Assembly: GCA_039815185.1 (NCBI GenBank)
Contig: JBCBZT010000024.1
Coordinates: forward strand, 32,001-96,000
Length of the DNA: 64,000 nucleotides
Direction of reading: 5' to 3'
From: Cyanobacteria bacterium P01_A01_bin.123
GTDB taxonomy: Bacteria > Cyanobacteriota > Cyanobacteriia > Phormidesmidales > Phormidesmidaceae
Shown here: positions 1-9,676 of the stretch, piece after piece
Position numbering within the stretch: the first letter of the stretch is position 1
Layout of the letters: every line of letters begins with the position of its first letter
Made by a program: the position numbers and the translations under genes
The notes under the pieces: generated by a model
What the model was told of the DNA's origin: nothing
Database searches by the model: none
Seen by the model: only the letters and a program-made list of their open reading frames with translations

Positions 1-2
1 GT

Positions 3-842
3 CAGTCAGAAGGCACCGGGTTGGGGTTGGCGATTAGCTATCGCATTGTTAAAACTATGGGCACCGATCTTAAGGTGGAAAGCCAGCTTGGGGTCGGTAG
101 CACTTTTTACTTTGAACTAGATGTGCCGTTAGCCGCCGAATGGCGACACGCAGCCAGTACCTTATCCCAGGGTGAAGTGATGGGATACGCGGGCGATCGC
201 AAGACTATTCTGATCGTTGATGATAAATGGGAAAATCGTTCAGTCATCGTCAATTTGCTAGAGCCCATCGGATTTGACGTGATCGAAGCTGAAAATGGAA
301 AAACAGGTTTAGAAAAAGCTCACGCGCAAAAGCCAGACTTGATTATCACTGACCTGGTAATGCCAGTAATGGATGGCTATAAATTCATGCAGCAACTGCG
401 TCAATCTGACGAGCTAAAGGCGACCAAAGTGATTGTGTCATCGGCGTCTGTCTCCCAGATGGATCGCCAAGCGAGTTTAGAGACGGGGGGTGATGATTTC
501 TTGGCGAAACCTGTTCATGCGGATGAACTCTTTCCCTTGCTGCAGCAATATCTAGGGTTGGACTGGAAGTGTGCGCCGACCCACTTGCCATCTGAAGCTG
601 TGAAAATTAGCCTTAATTCGTCGAGTGACAGAATAGACAAGATCGCAGTGCCAACCACAGACGTGTTGCAACATCTGTTGCAACTTGCAGAACAGGGACG
701 CTTGAAAACCTTACAAACCGAACTGCAAGATCTGGCCCAAGCCAATGGAGACTACACTCCCTTTGCCCAACAACTCCAAGCCTGGGCAAAACAGTTCCAA
801 GCTGAGAAAATCGAACACTTCATCCAACAACATCTAGCCTGA
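3..842 (+). CDS. Hybrid sensor histidine kinase, C-terminal part (HATPase end plus receiver domain); 5'-truncated by the window edge
   Basis: Frame is open from base 3: QSEGTGLGLAIS (G2 box), GSTFYF, then receiver motifs ILIVDD, DLIITDLVMP, FLAKP. Confidence 0.9.
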   Translation, partial: QSEGTGLGLAISYRIVKTMGTDLKVESQLGVGSTFYFELDVPLAAEWRHAASTLSQGEVMGYAGDRKTILIVDDKWENRSVIVNLLEPIGFDVIEAENGKTGLEKAHAQKPDLIITDLVMPVMDGYKFMQQLRQSDELKATKVIVSSASVSQMDRQASLETGGDDFLAKPVHADELFPLLQQYLGLDWKCAPTHLPSEAVKISLNSSSDRIDKIAVPTTDVLQHLLQLAEQGRLKTLQTELQDLAQANGDYTPFAQQLQAWAKQFQAEKIEHFIQQHLA

Positions 843-856
843 GAGAGGGACACCCT

Positions 857-2227
857 ATGACGGATTCATCATTAATTGGGCTAATCCTGGTTGTGGATGA
901 TACTCCTGCAAATTTAGAAGTGATATCTGAAGCCTTAACCGATGCTGGCTATGAGGTTGCCACTGCACTCAGCGGCGATCGCGCCCTCAAACAAATTCAA
1001 CATCGCGCCCCGGATTTAATCCTGCTAGATATTCAAATGCCCGGCATAGATGGCTTTGAGACTTGTCGTCAGCTTAAAGAAAATGCCAAGACAGCTGATA
1101 TTCCGATTATCTTTATGACGGCGCTGTCCGATGCAGAAAGTAAAGTCAAAGCCTTCAACATCGGTGCCGTAGATTATGTGACCAAACCATTTCAGGAAAA
1201 AGAAGTGCTTGCCCGGGTCAACACCCACTTGAAATTGCACCAGTTGAATCAAACTTTGGAACAACGTGTCGCAGAGCGAACCGCAGCATTAACGACCACC
1301 CTCGAACAGCTCAAACAGTCTCAACTCCAATTAATTCAGCAGGAAAAATTTTCGGCACTGGGTGGGTTAGTGGCTGGGGTAGCCCATGAAATCAATAATC
1401 CTGTTGGGTTTATCGCCGGTAATTTGAAACCGGCGATAAACTATGTCCAAGACGTATTTGGGCTGTTGGAACTCTACCAAACCCGCTTCCCAGAACCTGG
1501 AGAGGAGATCTTTGAGGAAATCGAAGCGATTGATTTAGACTACATTCGCGAGGATTTACCCAAGCTATTGGGTTCTATGCAAGCAGGCACCGATCGGATT
1601 CGCAGCATCAGTCGTAGCTTACGAACCTTTTCTAGAGCTGATGGCGATCGCAAAGTTCCCTACAACTTGCATGAAGGGCTAGAAAGTACGTTGATGATTC
1701 TCAAACATCGCCTCAAGGCCAATGAATCTCGGCCTGCGATTGAAATCATTAAAGACTATGGATTTGTCCCTGAAGTGGACTGCTTCCCAAGCCAGATCAA
1801 TCAGGTGTTTATGAACTTACTGGCCAACGCAATTGAGGCTTTGGAAGAGTCAAATCAAAACCGCAGTTTTGCCGATATTGAAGCCAGTCCCAATCAAATT
1901 TGGATCCAGATTCAGTTCTCTGCGGATCAAAAGGCTGTGACGGTTCAGATTCAAGATAATGGGGTGGGTATTCCAGAAACGATTCAGTCCCAGCTCTTTG
2001 ATCATTTCACCACCAAACCCATGGGTCAGGGCACCGGATTGGGGCTCTCGATCGCGCGCCAAATTGTGGTCACCAACCATCAGGGCAACATTGAGGTTCA
2101 TTCAACGCCGAATCAAGGCGCAACCTTTATGATTCAGCTGCCGATCAAAGCTGCCGATCCGAATCAGGATTCTGCTGATTTGAGGGATGCCTCAGAAGCC
2201 ATGACCGTTGCAATCGGCCAACACTAA
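857..2227 (+). CDS. Hybrid response regulator / sensor histidine kinase (REC-HisKA-HATPase)
   Basis: LVVDD and LLDIQMP receiver motifs; H-box VAHEINNP; N-box QVFMNLLANA; DNGVG and GTGLGL. Confidence 0.93.
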   Translation: MTDSSLIGLILVVDDTPANLEVISEALTDAGYEVATALSGDRALKQIQHRAPDLILLDIQMPGIDGFETCRQLKENAKTADIPIIFMTALSDAESKVKAFNIGAVDYVTKPFQEKEVLARVNTHLKLHQLNQTLEQRVAERTAALTTTLEQLKQSQLQLIQQEKFSALGGLVAGVAHEINNPVGFIAGNLKPAINYVQDVFGLLELYQTRFPEPGEEIFEEIEAIDLDYIREDLPKLLGSMQAGTDRIRSISRSLRTFSRADGDRKVPYNLHEGLESTLMILKHRLKANESRPAIEIIKDYGFVPEVDCFPSQINQVFMNLLANAIEALEESNQNRSFADIEASPNQIWIQIQFSADQKAVTVQIQDNGVGIPETIQSQLFDHFTTKPMGQGTGLGLSIARQIVVTNHQGNIEVHSTPNQGATFMIQLPIKAADPNQDSADLRDASEAMTVAIGQH

Positions 2228-2456
2228 GAGATGAGTGATCACCCTGGAATATCAATCTCCACAGTGCTGGATATAGTAGTCGGCCAGCGGGCCAGAACCC
2301 GGATAAGAGCCAGATTACCTGTAGACTAAGTACGCCAGTGATACTGGGTATATTGAGCCAGCTTGCTAGAGCAATAGAGTCGGATAAACCCCATTGCTAT
2401 TTCGAGGATTTGTGCCAGCTGATCTAGAATTTAGACGTCTTTTGTAGCGCTCTCCT

Positions 2457-3095
2457 ATGGTTACGACACCTTTGGCTCCGCCATCTGAATTAATCCACCT
2501 GTCGGGGATTAGTTGGCATACTTATGAGGCATTACTGAGAGAGCTGAGCGATCGCCGTCTACGCCTCACCTACAATCGCGGCAATCTGGAAATTATGGCA
2601 CCTTCTCCAGAACATGAATTGCATAAAACACTCATGGGACGCTTTGTAGAAACGCTGGCTGAGGAGTCAGCCATGCAAATCTATCCTTTGGGATCAACAA
2701 CATTCAAGCGTCCTGAATTGAGTGGTGCGGAGCCGGATGAGTGCTTTTATATTCGTCGGATTGCTGCTGTACAGGGGAAGAAAAGGCTCGACCTTGATGA
2801 AGACCCGGCCCCTGATCTAGTGGTGGAGATTGATGTCACGAGTAGTTCGCGCAATCGCCTCCAGGTTTATGCCGATTTAGGTGTCACAGAGGTTTGGATC
2901 TATGACGGGGAATCTCTCTCCATCCAGCAGTTACAAGAGGGCACTTTCCATCCTTACCAAACGAGTCAATTTTTTCCAACTATCCCAATTTCAGAGATTG
3001 CTGGATTTTTGCAGCAGGCAGAAACCCAAGACTATCTGGAGTTGGTGAAGTCATTCCGATATTGGGTGAGGGGTCAGATTAAGCAAGAATCATAA
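2457..3095 (+). CDS. Uma2 (DUF820) family putative endonuclease
   Basis: LEIMAPSPEHE, EPDECFY, PDLVVEID, LGVTEVW motifs. Confidence 0.9.
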   Translation: MVTTPLAPPSELIHLSGISWHTYEALLRELSDRRLRLTYNRGNLEIMAPSPEHELHKTLMGRFVETLAEESAMQIYPLGSTTFKRPELSGAEPDECFYIRRIAAVQGKKRLDLDEDPAPDLVVEIDVTSSSRNRLQVYADLGVTEVWIYDGESLSIQQLQEGTFHPYQTSQFFPTIPISEIAGFLQQAETQDYLELVKSFRYWVRGQIKQES

Positions 3096-3127
3096 TGTAA
3101 GCGGGTTAGGGGTAAAAGCGTCGACTG

Positions 3128-4474
3128 CTAGTCCGCGATCGCCTGACACAATTCCCTAAAGTGATCGCCACGATGTTCGAAACTTTGGTATTGGTCAAAA
3201 CTCGCACAGGCTGGGGAGAGCAATAGAGCTTTAGCCTGGTGTTTGGCCCCGAGTTCAATCCCCCGTTCTACGGCGCGATCCATGGTTTCGACCATCTCGT
3301 AGGTATGATAATCGGTTTCGGTTAGGCGTTGGGCAAAGCTTTCAGCGGCATCGCCAATCAGTAGTACTGTGACTGCCTTGGCGTGGATAGCTTGTAGCCA
3401 TGCCTGGTCGTCTCCTTCTTTGGGGTCGCCCCCCGCGATCAAAATCACCGGGGCTTCTATGGCATTCAGTCCGACCGCTGCGGCATCGTAGTTGGTCGCT
3501 TTGCTGTCGTTGATCAAAATCAATCCTTGATAAGTCCCGACTTGCTCCAAACGATGGGGCACGCCAGGGAAGGTTGCAATTGCGTCTGCGATCGCTTGTG
3601 GAGCTATCTCTGCCAAGCAGGCTGCTGTCACCGCCAGCAGCAAATTTTGTTGGTTGTGTTGCCCCACCATCTTTAGGGCCGCTGTTTCGACAACGGGCGT
3701 GCCTCGAAACCGCACCCAACCCTGCTCGACCCAAGTCGTGGGGGTCAAGGGCGCGATCGCCGGTTTGCCGTTTACGCTGGTCCAGTGAGCATCGGCCCAA
3801 TCAGTGCCAATGTGGTGTCGCAGGTAAGGGTCGTCCCCGTTGAAAACGGGGAGTTCGCTCCGCTGAAGCAAGCTGGCTTTGATGTTGAAATAGTTCGCCA
3901 GGGTTTTATGGCGGCTGAGATGGTCGGGGGTAAAGGTTGTCCACACTCCAATTTTGGGGGCCAGGGTAGGCGCGGCTTCTACCTGATAACTGCTCACTTC
4001 TGCAATCACCCAGTCAGGAATAGTAGGCCCCAAAGCCAATTCACAGGCAGCATAGCCAATGTTGCCGCAGGCGGGCGCGTAGAACCCTGCCGCTTTGAAG
4101 ATAGCTGCTATCAAGGCCGTAGTAGTCGTTTTGCCATTGGTACCTGTGACCCCTACCCAGGGACGATCTTGCAGGTAACGCCAGGCTAATTCCATTTCGC
4201 CAACAGTTTCAACCCCTCTATCTTGGGCGCTCGTCACTAGGGGGGAATCCCAAGGAACCCCAGGGCTGATCACTAGCAGATTCACTGGATCTGCTGCCGA
4301 GAAGGTATGCCCCAACTTGACGGTAATCCCCGCCTGCACCAGGGTATTGTGAGCATCCACCATGGCTGGGGAACGATTGCGATCGCTGAGGGTGACTTGC
4401 CAACCTTCTTGATGGAGTAATCGAGCAGCGGCGATGCCAGACCTGCCAAGACCAATAACGTGGGCGTTTTTCAT
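3128..4474 (-). CDS. murD: UDP-N-acetylmuramoyl-L-alanine--D-glutamate ligase
   Basis: GLGRSG, SPGVP, GTNGKTTT, EVSSYQ, NDSKATN, LLSPACASFDQY. Confidence 0.97.
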   Translation of the reverse strand: MKNAHVIGLGRSGIAAARLLHQEGWQVTLSDRNRSPAMVDAHNTLVQAGITVKLGHTFSAADPVNLLVISPGVPWDSPLVTSAQDRGVETVGEMELAWRYLQDRPWVGVTGTNGKTTTTALIAAIFKAAGFYAPACGNIGYAACELALGPTIPDWVIAEVSSYQVEAAPTLAPKIGVWTTFTPDHLSRHKTLANYFNIKASLLQRSELPVFNGDDPYLRHHIGTDWADAHWTSVNGKPAIAPLTPTTWVEQGWVRFRGTPVVETAALKMVGQHNQQNLLLAVTAACLAEIAPQAIADAIATFPGVPHRLEQVGTYQGLILINDSKATNYDAAAVGLNAIEAPVILIAGGDPKEGDDQAWLQAIHAKAVTVLLIGDAAESFAQRLTETDYHTYEMVETMDRAVERGIELGAKHQAKALLLSPACASFDQYQSFEHRGDHFRELCQAIAD

Positions 4475-4495
4475 GATCTTATTGATACAAGCTAT

Positions 4496-6649
4496 TTATG
4501 TGACGATGGCCCCAAAGTCAGCCAGTATGCGGGCGTGGTTGCGCAGTAGTCCCAATAGGTTAAGGCGATTGCGCTTAATATCCGGGTTCTCGTCCATCAC
4601 GAGGACACTCTCTGGCCCATCAAAAAAGCCACTGACGATGGGTGCTGCCTTGGCTAGGCCAGCCACTAGTTTGCCGTAGTTGCGTTCAGCCCGAGCCGCT
4701 TGGGTTTGAGGGACTAAAGTTTGGATGGCCTGATAGAATTTCTGCTCTGAAGGCTGTTGGAATCGTTTAGCGTTGACCACTGTGTCGGGTTCTAAGGTTT
4801 GGGTGTCAAGGTCACCCCGGGCCGCAAGGCGAGAAGCTCGATTGACCGTGGCATAAATGGTGTCCAGCCTACCGTCTTGGCGGATAGCTTGCAGGAACCG
4901 GGCGCGATCGCTCACATCTCGCAAATCTATCAAGGCGCGTTCGCCAAATTCGGGGTCGTCTTCCCCCAATACAGCGTTGACCAAGTCGTAGTCAATTCCC
5001 TGCTCGTCTTGCAGCAGGGTGCGAATACGCTGGAGGAAAAAATCTTCAAGCAGCCCTTGCAGTGCTCCAGCATCTTTAGCAGGACTGTTAGGGGAAGCGG
5101 CAAAATCTGCAATGACCTCAGTTAGCAATGCCTTAAGGTTGAGTGACAGTTCGGCATGCCAGGTGATGCTGACGATCGCGTTGGCGGCTCGCCTTAGGGC
5201 GAAAGGATCAGAGGACCCCGACGGCAGTTTACCCAGGCTAAAAATGCCCACTAAGGTATCGAGGCGATCGGCAATGCCGACAACTTGACCGATCGGCGTT
5301 TGGGGCAAATCATCGCCGGCCCCGCGCGGTAAATAATGTTCAAAAATAGCCGTAGCCACGGCCTCTGGTTCCCCACCATGGCGAGCATACTTTTGCCCCA
5401 TCACCCCCTGGAGTTCGGGAAATTCACCGACCATTTGGCTGACCAGGTCGGCCTTACACAGCAATGCTGCCCGTTGAACCCAGGCGCGATCGCTTGGGGA
5501 AAGGTTCAACTGGGCCGCAATTCGTGCGGCAATGGTGCCAATGCGAGACACTTTTGCCCGCACTGATCCTAAACTTTCTTCAAACGTGACGGTCTCCAGC
5601 TTGTCCACAAAATGGTCGAGGGAGACCTGACGATCGGCATCAAAGAAAAACTTGCCATCCGACAGCCTTGCTCGAATCACCCGTCCGTTCCCTTCCGCAA
5701 TCAGCGCTGATTTTGTCGGGTCGCCGTTTGAAATTGTGATGAAATAGGGCAGTAAGGTATCGGCATCTGCTGTCGCCTTGATCGGGAAATAGCGCTGATG
5801 GCTTTCCATTTCGATGATGGCGACCTCTGGCGGCAGATCTAGAAATTCAGCGTCAAACTGGCCGACCACTGCCGTCGGCCACTCCACCAGATGAGTCACT
5901 TCGTCCAACAACGCTTCAGAGATTACTGCGTGACCTTTGATCGTCGCTGCCGCCGCCGCTACCTGCTGTTGAATCAAACTGCGCCGCTCGTTTGGGTCAA
6001 CCATCACCGCGGCTGCTTTCAACGCGTCTTGATAGGTTTGAGCTTGGACTAAGGTAATGGGTGCTGGATGGAGCACCCGGTGCCCTTGGGAAACGCGATC
6101 GCTGGTGCAGGTTTCCGAGCCGTTTTCTAGCGTAATGTCGATCAAGGCATCATCTAACAAAGTCACCAGCCAACGAATCGGCCGAGGGAACCGTAAATCA
6201 CCATCTCCCCAACGCATAAACCGCTTACCCTCCAGGCCAAAAATCCACTGGGGAATCAGCGCTTGCAAAATCTCTGTCGTCGCCTGTCCTGGAATTTTTT
6301 GCTGCACAAAGACGAATGGCCCTTTGTCCGTGTCTCGGATTTCCAGGGCGTCTAGATTAACCCCGCGCGATTTGGCAAACCCTTCAGCCGCCTTAGTGGG
6401 TTTGCCATCTTTGAAGGCTGCTTTGGCGGGGGGCCCTTTCACGTCTTCTTCGCGGTCGCTTTGGCGCTCCGGCAACCCTTCGATCACCACAGCTAGCCGT
6501 CGGGGAGTGCCGTAAAGCTTAATGGCCTCGGGGAGCAAAAACGCTTCACTGAGGCTGGCGGTGATCCGCGATCGCCACTGCTCTATCGCATCCCCCACAA
6601 AACTTGCGGGGAGTTCCTCGGTGCCCACTTCCAGCAAAAACGTTGCCAT
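4496..6649 (-). CDS. glyS: Glycine--tRNA ligase beta subunit
   Basis: [46 protein letters not shown]. Confidence 0.97.
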   Translation of the reverse strand: MATFLLEVGTEELPASFVGDAIEQWRSRITASLSEAFLLPEAIKLYGTPRRLAVVIEGLPERQSDREEDVKGPPAKAAFKDGKPTKAAEGFAKSRGVNLDALEIRDTDKGPFVFVQQKIPGQATTEILQALIPQWIFGLEGKRFMRWGDGDLRFPRPIRWLVTLLDDALIDITLENGSETCTSDRVSQGHRVLHPAPITLVQAQTYQDALKAAAVMVDPNERRSLIQQQVAAAAATIKGHAVISEALLDEVTHLVEWPTAVVGQFDAEFLDLPPEVAIIEMESHQRYFPIKATADADTLLPYFITISNGDPTKSALIAEGNGRVIRARLSDGKFFFDADRQVSLDHFVDKLETVTFEESLGSVRAKVSRIGTIAARIAAQLNLSPSDRAWVQRAALLCKADLVSQMVGEFPELQGVMGQKYARHGGEPEAVATAIFEHYLPRGAGDDLPQTPIGQVVGIADRLDTLVGIFSLGKLPSGSSDPFALRRAANAIVSITWHAELSLNLKALLTEVIADFAASPNSPAKDAGALQGLLEDFFLQRIRTLLQDEQGIDYDLVNAVLGEDDPEFGERALIDLRDVSDRARFLQAIRQDGRLDTIYATVNRASRLAARGDLDTQTLEPDTVVNAKRFQQPSEQKFYQAIQTLVPQTQAARAERNYGKLVAGLAKAAPIVSGFFDGPESVLVMDENPDIKRNRLNLLGLLRNHARILADFGAIVT

Positions 6650-6948
6650 AGCCCGCCAGACTTTTGTTTTACCGTCAAATTTTCAGCTTCCCCAGTGTAC
6701 CGTGAGCCTGAGGGGTTGGATAGGGAAAGCGTGTGAGACTCGATCCAAATCCCTTGTGGCCAATTCCGCCACGACAGACCAATCCTTCAGGCTACTCAAG
6801 CTTGACTGATAAGAGACCTCCATTAGGATACACTCTGGTTTTAGGTAGGCTGGGTTTGGCAGGGTTCAAGCCCCTTGTGACGTCTTGATTTTGCTACCCC
6901 TATGCCTTTTCCCATTGTTGAAATCCGGGTTAGATAGGTCTCAACCGT

Positions 6949-9471
6949 ATGACTTCTACGCGATCGCGTTCATCGCAATTTTCTCTGGCTGATGGGTGGA
7001 TATTGTTATTGATTTGGCTGTTATCTGCCGCCATACTCATTGCCCGATTATGGCTGGATGTTAGCCCACCGGCTTGGGATCAAGGCGCCCATCTATCTAG
7101 TGCGATGAGCCACTGGCAAGTCCTCCAACATCCTCAATGGGGCTCAGGGGAATGGTGGCGAGAACTCTGGTTGCAGTCTGCGAGCAAAAGGGGGCCAGTC
7201 ACCTATTTGTTAACGGTTCCAATTTTTATCTTGTTTGGCCCAGGGGCTGACCAAGGGGTTTACGTTAACCTGCTGTTCACAGCGATTTTGATCGGCTCAA
7301 CCTATGCTATTGGCCGACGAATTTTCTCTCCAGCTGTGGGGTTATGGGCGGCTGGGCTGTCACTGTTGTCACCAGTGTTAATCGATCTTCAAAAAGATTA
7401 TCTGCTGGACTTTCCGATGACGGCCGTAGTGGTTTTTATGTTCATGGGAATGACCTATTTCTGGTTGGCAGACAAGTCCCTGTCGCGTTGGCTGACAACA
7501 GTCTTGTGGGGAGTTGGCATGGGCTTGACACTCATGACCCGTACCTCTGGACTGCTGTTTGTGATTCCGCCAATCGGCTGGATGCTGGGGGCTAGTCTAT
7601 GGCAGCGTCATTGGTTGCGATTAGGACAGGTCATCCTGGGTGGTGTGATTGGTCTGCTGACGCTTTGGCCATGGTTTAGCACAAGCTGGCTCACTATTAT
7701 CAGCACAACGTTAGAGTCCACTGTGTATGGGGGCATCTATGCCGATGCGCCCCAAGCCAACACGTTGGCTGGTTGGCTATTCTATCCAGAGCGCTTGCCG
7801 CAGATGTTAACGTGGCCCCTATTTTGTCTGGCTGCGATCGCTTGGATCTTAATTGCGATTCAAGTCCTGATTAGTCGAAATCAACCTCAAGGAAGCTTCC
7901 GTCTGATTAAGCTTCAACCTAATAATTGGGGCAATCGCAAAGGTTGGATTTGGCTACTGGTGATCCTTTTGGGCATTTACGTTCTATTCGCTCTGGCGAC
8001 TCACAAGCGGCTGAGATTTATCATTCCGTACCTGCCCATTTTTTGGATTGTGCTCTCCCAAGGGATTGTGACTATTCAAAATCGTTGGTGGCATTTTCTA
8101 CGATGGGGCGCTGTGGGTACGGCCTTAGTTCTAACCATTACTCAGCTTTCTCTCTATCAAAGCTATGCCCGGATGCGCGATGGGAAAAATCCCGCCTGGC
8201 CGAATGAAGCCGTGATTAATGAAATCGTTGAGGCCAGCCCATTTCTGGAAACGACCCTGGGCTTAGTCGTTAACACGGCTCAGATTAATCCCTTCAATAT
8301 GGACTTTTATGGAGCTGTCGCCAACTTCCATGTTTCTGGTCGGCAGCTTTCTAGCAGCCCTAGAACTGTGATTCAAGATAGCCAGGCACTGGATTGGTAC
8401 CTGACAAAAACTGAAGACCAAGGCGCCTACGACACGATTGAAGAAGGTCAACAAAAGTTGCGTGAAACCGTCGAGACGTCAGACGTACTATCACTGCAAA
8501 AATCTTGGACGATGCCAGACGGCAGCGAGTTGCGATTACACCATCGCCAAGCCCCTCCCATCACCGTTAGCCGTTTAGCTTCTGGAGAACAGCAGGGTGT
8601 TTCCTTTGAAAAAGTTGATGTTGCCTCTCAAGTGGCTCAGGGGCAGTCTTCCCCAATTACATACTATTTACGTGGCTCAGGTGCGGCCCTGCAACCCGGT
8701 TTGTTACTGCTAACTTGGCAGCCAGAAGACGCCTCAAAGGCTTCCCTGGCCCAGGAAAGTCAATGGATTAGCGATCATGCCATTGGGTTGGGGTATCTCA
8801 AAACAAATTTAGAGCGTGTTACTGAGCAATCTGATTTCGAAGTGGTAGAGCAATTATCGGTTACACCGCCCGAAAATTTACCCGAGGGGATTTACCATCT
8901 GAACGCAGAGTACCTGAATCGTGACACTGGAGAGCACTATGTCATGAGTGAAAATGCAGCTCAGGTTGAGGTCGTTGCGCTTGGGTCGCAAGCCGAACAG
9001 GACAGCTTTCAAGATCTGCTGACCTATTTGCACATTGAGCTAGCCCCGAACGTGCCTAATGGCGAACTTGACCCCATCTTCAACGAGATAGGTCGGATTA
9101 ATCAGTACGATCCTGAGCAAGATTATTTGTTGCAGGCAGAACGGGCCATGACCTATCGCTTATCCCAGACCCCAAATAATCTAGATTGGCTTTACACCCT
9201 AGCCTTAGCCCAGGTTTTGCAGCAAAAGGCACCAGAAGCAACCGCGACCTTCAAGACCTTGACAGAAGTGGCTCCCGAAAATCCTCACCACTGGGCCTAT
9301 TTAGGCTTTGTCCATCTCTATCGCTGGCAGCCTAGAAAGGCCAATATTGCCCTATCTGAAGCTGAGAAACTACAACCCGACTTACCCAACCTAAAACTAC
9401 TCCAGACGGTCAATGCGGTGATGGGACTGAATATTCCTAAGGCAGTTCGACTCTTGCGTTCGGGGGTTTAG
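6949..9471 (+). CDS. Membrane glycosyltransferase (GT39/PMT_2, ArnT-like) with C-terminal TPR-like region
   Basis: PPAWDQ loop after first TM, many TM segments, DYLLDFP motif, TPR-like helices at the C-terminus. Confidence 0.8.
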   Translation: MTSTRSRSSQFSLADGWILLLIWLLSAAILIARLWLDVSPPAWDQGAHLSSAMSHWQVLQHPQWGSGEWWRELWLQSASKRGPVTYLLTVPIFILFGPGADQGVYVNLLFTAILIGSTYAIGRRIFSPAVGLWAAGLSLLSPVLIDLQKDYLLDFPMTAVVVFMFMGMTYFWLADKSLSRWLTTVLWGVGMGLTLMTRTSGLLFVIPPIGWMLGASLWQRHWLRLGQVILGGVIGLLTLWPWFSTSWLTIISTTLESTVYGGIYADAPQANTLAGWLFYPERLPQMLTWPLFCLAAIAWILIAIQVLISRNQPQGSFRLIKLQPNNWGNRKGWIWLLVILLGIYVLFALATHKRLRFIIPYLPIFWIVLSQGIVTIQNRWWHFLRWGAVGTALVLTITQLSLYQSYARMRDGKNPAWPNEAVINEIVEASPFLETTLGLVVNTAQINPFNMDFYGAVANFHVSGRQLSSSPRTVIQDSQALDWYLTKTEDQGAYDTIEEGQQKLRETVETSDVLSLQKSWTMPDGSELRLHHRQAPPITVSRLASGEQQGVSFEKVDVASQVAQGQSSPITYYLRGSGAALQPGLLLLTWQPEDASKASLAQESQWISDHAIGLGYLKTNLERVTEQSDFEVVEQLSVTPPENLPEGIYHLNAEYLNRDTGEHYVMSENAAQVEVVALGSQAEQDSFQDLLTYLHIELAPNVPNGELDPIFNEIGRINQYDPEQDYLLQAERAMTYRLSQTPNNLDWLYTLALAQVLQQKAPEATATFKTLTEVAPENPHHWAYLGFVHLYRWQPRKANIALSEAEKLQPDLPNLKLLQTVNAVMGLNIPKAVRLLRSGV

Positions 9472-9676
9472 ATCAGCCAGTGCGTCCAAGGTCTAGTTTT
9501 AGAGCAAGCCCAAGCACGCGGTTAATCCAGGATTTGCAACCGTAACAGGGCTTTATTGACGCCCATGGGCTTTTCCCCTTGTGATTACATTTGCTGAGAA
9601 TTTGCGTACCCTTGGACGTAACGATAACCTGCACGAAGTGTTTGGATCACTTTAAAGTTCTTGGTTGAGGTGCACT